Origin: Delftia acidovorans NBRC 14950
GTDB lineage: Bacteria > Pseudomonadota > Gammaproteobacteria > Burkholderiales > Burkholderiaceae_C
Assembly (NCBI RefSeq): GCF_001598795.1
Contig: NZ_BCZP01000047.1
Span: forward strand, 1 to 17,775
DNA: 17,775 nt
Direction: 5' to 3'
Shown one piece after another: positions 14,720 to 17,775 of the stretch. Numbering within the stretch: the stretch's first letter is position 1; every line of letters starts with the position of its first letter. The notes beneath the pieces are model-generated. The model ran no database searches. It saw nothing but the letters and a program-made list of their open reading frames with translations, and had not been told where the DNA came from. Made by a program: the position numbers and the translations under genes.

Positions 14720-15005
14720 TTGTCCGATCCTCCTTGACCGCCTCTAAGCCGCGGGCTTGTATCAACTCCCCTATCGCAAGCTGCCGATAGGGCTCACCGA
14801 AAAGCAATGTGTGCGCACAGGCACAACACATCGCCGCCAATCCAGCCAGCTGGTGCGCTGTGGGCGAGCTCTCGCCCCGCTCCCATTTGGAGATGGTCTG
14901 GCGCGTAACCTGCAGCGCTTCAGCCAAATCATCCTGTGACAGCGTCACCTTCGTGCGGGCTGCCTTCAGTCGTTGGCCGAACAGCTTCTTTGAATCGTGG
15001 TTCAT
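14517..15005 (-). CDS. XRE-family HTH protein; 3' boundary doubtful
   Basis: ORF 14517..15083 trimmed to the ATG at 15003-15005. The HTH core is LFGQRLKAARTKVTLSQDDLAEALQVTRQTISKWERGESSP. The frame stays open about 200 nt into the next gene, but there it lacks G/C bias at third positions. Confidence 0.6.
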   Translation of the reverse strand: MNHDSKKLFGQRLKAARTKVTLSQDDLAEALQVTRQTISKWERGESSPTAHQLAGLAAMCCACAHTLLFGEPYRQLAIGELIQARGLEAVKEDRTNGCSAVDRDDQGAQRAASQAPFRDRRVCGGGGEAVPKADAGGDRRPGGAGRVGQAAIYSAGPGSQLG

Positions 15006-15013
15006 AAGAATAC

Positions 15014-15029
15014 CTGTTGTTTTATACAG
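15014..15029. promoter_or_regulatory. LexA (SOS) box CTGT-N8-ACAG overlapping the promoter of the HTH gene
   Basis: ctgt (15014-15017), tgttttat, acag (15026-15029). On the minus strand this reads CTGTATAAAACAACAG, which contains TATAAA, and it lies 8 nt upstream of the ATG at 15005. Confidence 0.7.
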
Positions 15030-15077
15030 TTTTGCACAGACCCTGACCCGGTGCAACAGCAATTTGCCCGCAGCGGC

Positions 15078-15117
15078 ACGCAACGCAACGCCCCGTTGCG
15101 CAACGCACAGTTGCGTT
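15078..15117. repeat. Cluster of five GCAACG/CGTTGC units forming overlapping alternative hairpins
   Basis: Read directly as acgcaacgcaacgccccgttgcgcaacgcacagttgcgtt. Stem 15084-15090 pairs with 15094-15100 (7 bp). Stem 15099-15104 pairs with 15110-15115 (6 bp). Confidence 0.8.
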
Positions 15118-15179
15118 CCCAGCAGCCCAATGCGGATGCCGTAGGCGTGCTATCAAAATAAGTTACACAGAGAAAAATT

Positions 15180-15219
15180 AGCCGGACTGTTGACTTTTTT
15201 TATAAGTCCGACTGATAAT
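15180..15219 (+). promoter_or_regulatory. PL-like promoter with the same operator layout as PR
   Basis: TTGACT (15190-15195), an 18-nt spacer, then GATAAT (15214-15219). Operators are AGCCGGACT at 15180-15188 and AGTCCGACT at 15205-15213, in the same positions relative to the -35 and -10 as at PR. Confidence 0.7.
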
Positions 15220-15315
15220 TCATCTCAGCGCACCACAGACAGGTTGCGCTGGGCCAAGTGATCGGACCGAGCCCCTCCCCTGGATCCTTAAAAAATGAGA
15301 GCGGATAGAAGAGGC

Positions 15316-15783
15316 TCAGTGTGCAAGCTTTGCGGCAAGGCGCTCCAGCAGGGTGACGTGAGCAAAGTCCTTGGAATCCCTGTACCCCATCTCCATGCGA
15401 GCCATGTTGGTCGCGGGGTTAGCCAGCCAAGTCAGTCCGGTTTCGCCTTCGCGCTGCAGGCGAATGATGGCGGTGTTCAGTTCGTCATCTTTTAGACGAC
15501 TTTCCTGCTCACGAAGCTCCAAAAATTTGCACTTCATCTGCTTGAAGTGCAACTCCTTGGTTGTTGGGTTTAGCAGGAGCGAAACCAGGGCACATGCAGC
15601 AGCCACGGCACTGGCGATACCCATGGCCGTCGGGTACTGACCAACTACGGCAGCTACAGCAGAACACCCTGCCACGAGTTGCACGAAGTTGGTCCAAAAG
15701 GCGGTTCGCCGATGCAACACCTCTTGGAGGCAGTTGTACCAGTAGCCATACCGCACCGCGTGAATTAAGAGATATCGCTCCAC
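15316..15783 (-). CDS. 2-TM membrane protein with a C-terminal coiled-coil region; SLATT-like topology (tentative)
   Basis: 155 aa with a GTG start. The two hydrophobic helices are FWTNFVQLVAGCSAVAAVVGQY and AMGIASAVAAACALVSLLL, followed by KELHFKQMKCKFLELREQESRLKDDEL. The gene lies antisense to, and downstream of, the PL-like promoter. Confidence 0.6.
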   Translation of the reverse strand: MERYLLIHAVRYGYWYNCLQEVLHRRTAFWTNFVQLVAGCSAVAAVVGQYPTAMGIASAVAAACALVSLLLNPTTKELHFKQMKCKFLELREQESRLKDDELNTAIIRLQREGETGLTWLANPATNMARMEMGYRDSKDFAHVTLLERLAAKLAH

Positions 15784-16415
15784 GTTGAAATGCCTTTCTT
15801 TTCCGTCGGCGGTGGCGATGGAGGCGCGCTTGGCGGAACTTGGGTTTTGACGTTGCCAACTTCACTGTTGGTGATATTGCGCATGGGGCCCCTTCTGTTT
15901 GAAGTTTGTGACGTAGGAAATCCAAATGTAACGCAGCAAGCGGGCCCCACCCTCTTCTATCCGCTCTCCCAAGAGATAGCGTAATTGCCAGTTGCAGGGC
16001 GTCCAGCAGCCGGCGCGGGTCAATCCCGTCCCCCATCCTGCGTTATGCAGCCAAGGGCAAGCCGAAGGCCTACGGGCAGGAGGCACGCGGAAAGAAGTGC
16101 AACGCGTGAGACCAGAGCACTGCCGAATCGATGCCGGCGAAAGCATCCCAACCAGGCAGCCACGCGCTGCGAAGGAGAGCACATGCGAGATTGATAGGCC
16201 GGCAGACCCGGCCGCGACTTGGCCGCGCAGTCTCGCGGACATGCGATAGGCGAGTTACCGGGCATGGAGCCATCAGGCACCGGGTACTTGGGAGTGGCGA
16301 CCCCTCAACGCAATCAGTGAAGCCATAGCATGAGACCGGGAAACCGGCGCCGCCCCGAGCGTCATCGGGGCAAACCAAGGGGTTCAGCGCCAGCTGCAGA
16401 GCCACTTGGTTTGAA

Positions 16416-16482
16416 GTCGCGTGCACCCCCTCGGCGGGGTCGGATCTGCAAAAGGTTTGGTGCACACCAGCGACTCTTTTTT
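16416..16482 (+). terminator. Intrinsic terminator inside the non-coding tract
   Basis: gtcgc-gtgcacc (16416-16427) pairs with ggtgcac (16459-16465) and gcgac (16470-16474). TCTTTTTT follows, with the T run at 16477-16482. Confidence 0.55.
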
Positions 16483-16613
16483 CACCCACGGCGAAACCTG
16501 AGCCGCCAGAACGCTCAGGGATCACCCATGGAGGCCGCCATGTAACCGCACCTGCACCACAGAGCAAAGAGTTGATTTTGGGTTGTCCGCCCTGGCGACA
16601 TAAAAGGCCAGGA

Positions 16614-16726
16614 CCATCAAGAAAGAGCGCGGCACTGAAAAACTGCAACCGGGCGTGGAGCAAGGCAATCCGAGATGCCTCCACCGACAAACCGCAAACC
16701 GGGTGATCCGCTCTTTTTCTTGATGG
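16614..16726. repeat. 16-bp inverted repeat closing a 113-nt domain
   Basis: ccatcaagaaagagcg (16614-16629) is the reverse complement of cgctctttttcttgatgg (16709-16726), apart from a 2-nt TT bulge. Confidence 0.85.
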
Positions 16727-16970
16727 CAAATCGTGACAGGTACTTGCCCACCTGCAACCAGTGAAAGTCTGGCGCTTACACGCAGAGGGAAAGCCGGGGC
16801 GAACACGGCAGCCATCAATCCTCATCCCAGTTTCGCCGGGCCAGGGCCTTCACCACCACGCCATCTCTCCCTTGCGCGCCGCCATGCGGCACCGGCCTTT
16901 GTTCACGTCTCGCCCGCACCTCGCAGGCGTTTTGCTTTCGGCCCGATGCGGCCACAACCGGAGATCCCCC

Positions 16971-17657
16971 ATGGAAATCAAGATCGAATTGGACCTGCCC
17001 GCAATCGTCGCCCAGGCCGTCAGCGCCGAGCGCATCCAACCCATCGTAGACAAGGCCATTGCAGAAGCGGTCAAGGATGCAATCAACGATGCCACCGGCT
17101 ATCGCAGCAAGTTCCGCGATGCCATGAAAGAGCAGCTCAGCGAAGCCATGCCGCACGGCCTGCGGATTGATGACGTTGCCAAGTTCCAGCAGGTGCTCAA
17201 TGCAGCGGTTTCCAGCGCGGTGCAGGGCGAGAACGCGAAAGCCGTTCAGACGGCCATCTCGACTGCCGTGGGCACCTTCATGCCGGATCTTCCCTCAAGC
17301 ATCAAGTTGTCGGAATTGCTGCAGAGGGCGCGCAGCGGATTCCACAAGGAATCGCACGAAGCCTTCTTTGCTGAACTTGAAATGAGCGAGTTCAGCAGCG
17401 GTGGCGGCTGGCTTTCGCTTGACGACGACGAATCGCGACGCTACGCGCACTCCGCATCCATGAGGCTCGGGTTTGGCGATGACGGGCACGTCTTTTCTCT
17501 CCGGCTTGACGACAAGCTGGTAACGCCGCTGAGCATGCCCAACGCGGTTGGCGAGTTTGACGCCATCCTGCTCGCGCTGTACGTCGGTCGCACTACCCTG
17601 GAAATCGACATGGATGAGCACGACGTCAAGTCCGCCGCCAGCGAGCAATACGACTGA
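16971..17657 (+). CDS. Hypothetical protein (228 aa), first gene of the early-left operon
   Basis: ORF 16761..17657 trimmed to the ATG at 16971, preceded by GGAG 8 nt upstream. The upstream part of the ORF has junk-like composition. No family was recognised. Confidence 0.7.
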   Translation: MEIKIELDLPAIVAQAVSAERIQPIVDKAIAEAVKDAINDATGYRSKFRDAMKEQLSEAMPHGLRIDDVAKFQQVLNAAVSSAVQGENAKAVQTAISTAVGTFMPDLPSSIKLSELLQRARSGFHKESHEAFFAELEMSEFSSGGGWLSLDDDESRRYAHSASMRLGFGDDGHVFSLRLDDKLVTPLSMPNAVGEFDAILLALYVGRTTLEIDMDEHDVKSAASEQYD

Positions 17658-17661
17658 CCAA

Positions 17662-17684
17662 GCCGCCCACTGAGGCGGTTTTTT
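17662..17684 (+). terminator. Intrinsic terminator after the 16971..17657 gene
   Basis: gccgcc (17662-17667) pairs with ggcggt (17674-17679) around the loop cactga. A T tract follows, ending at 17684. Confidence 0.7.
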
Positions 17685-17724
17685 CATGCCCAGGCCCCAC
17701 GGGCCACATCCCCAGGAGATCCGC

Positions 17725-17775
17725 ATGCTGAGCTACGTGAACATCCACGGGCGGCCCGTGAGCGTCGCCCCCCCC
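17725..17775 (+). CDS. 5' end of a further plus-strand gene (17 codons, runs off the window)
   Basis: The ATG at 17725 is preceded by AGGAGATCCGC, the same RBS context as the 16971 gene. Translation so far is MLSYVNIHGRPVSVAPP. Confidence 0.4.
   Translation, partial: MLSYVNIHGRPVSVAPP

Larger units (their letters stand above)
15784..16970 (+). ncRNA. ORF-free, hairpin-dense tract: candidate large structured RNA(s) or long antitermination leader; identity unknown
   Basis: No ORF here has protein-like composition or an RBS. Many local stems are present. Examples are ccgg-GAAA-ccgg (16336-16347), 16197-16213, 16352-16371, 16371-16379 with 16405-16413 (9 bp), 16497-16519 (7 bp) and 16591-16612. 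There is also a terminator and a 16-bp long-range helix. Confidence 0.4.
1..17775. mobile_element. Segment of a lambdoid-organised temperate phage/prophage with HK97-type head genes; element ends lie outside the window
   Basis: Contiguous phage modules are present: head/packaging, HNH, Q-like, RusA/Ref/DUF3310, DnaB plus initiator, CII-like, Cro/CI switch with repeated operators, and an early-left operon. Genes are tightly packed, with ATGA/GTGA overlaps. No integrase or att site is seen inside the window. Confidence 0.9.

Noticed and set aside
15290-15318. T6 tract after the 2-TM gene stop considered as an intrinsic terminator
   Set aside because: The preceding stem is only 4 bp (TGAG/CTCA or GAGC/GCTC), which is too weak to call.
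15295-15640. Plus-strand ORFs 15295..15495 and 15371..15640 downstream of the PL-like promoter
   Set aside because: They have no RBS and poor composition. They are antisense to the 2-TM ORF, which has clear TM and coiled-coil features. A PL-encoded peptide here cannot be fully excluded.
16070-16825. 251-aa minus-strand ORF in the non-coding tract, plus neighbours 15862..16242, 15509..16036 and 16330..16545
   Set aside because: Their Cys/Arg/Trp/Pro-rich sequence is not protein-like. They lack an RBS and overlap each other in several frames. I treated the region as non-coding.
15784-16970. Identification of the structured tract as RNase P RNA, tmRNA, a cobalamin/TPP/c-di-GMP riboswitch or a group II intron
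   Set aside because: I looked for hallmark strings: GGAAAGUCC and ACAGAACCCGGCUUA for RNase P, a B12 box, the CUGAGA...ACCUGAUCUGGAUAAUGCCAGCG core, GGCAAACC...ACGCAAAGC in one unit, and domain V. None was found in the right arrangement. This is not decisive without a covariance-model scan.

Overview
This window is one continuous piece of a temperate, lambdoid-organised phage (prophage) in a high-GC background. A beta-proteobacterial host is only a guess from composition. All protein-family calls come from reading motifs by eye; no database search was run.

Minus strand, from right to left:
- Cro-like HTH protein, a small basic ORF, and a phage-186-CII-like regulator.
- A replication initiator with an internal microsatellite/iteron cluster, then a DnaB-family helicase.
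- A hypothetical ORF, a DUF3310-like protein, RusA and a Ref-like nuclease.
- A lambda-Q-like CxxCxGxG protein with a candidate PR'/tR' pair.
- An AT-richer cargo island of small ORFs, then an HNH endonuclease.
- A reverse-oriented acidic ORF plus a 245-nt gap, which is the likely cos area.
- TerS, TerL, an HK97-type portal, a ClpP-like prohead protease, the HK97-family major capsid protein, a small ORF, a gp6-like connector, and a head-closure protein truncated at base 1.

Plus strand: a lambda-CI-like repressor without a peptidase domain, and an early-left operon starting at 16971.

The most unusual part lies at 14477-16970. It contains:
- a perfect SOS box in front of an HTH + 80-aa operon;
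- a PL-like promoter whose operator layout duplicates PR and which fires into an antisense 2-TM membrane-protein gene;
- about 1.19 kb with no credible ORF but dense hairpins, an intrinsic terminator and a 16-bp long-range helix, which I read as a candidate large structured RNA or antitermination leader.

I saw no tRNA, rRNA, CRISPR array, integrase or transposase.
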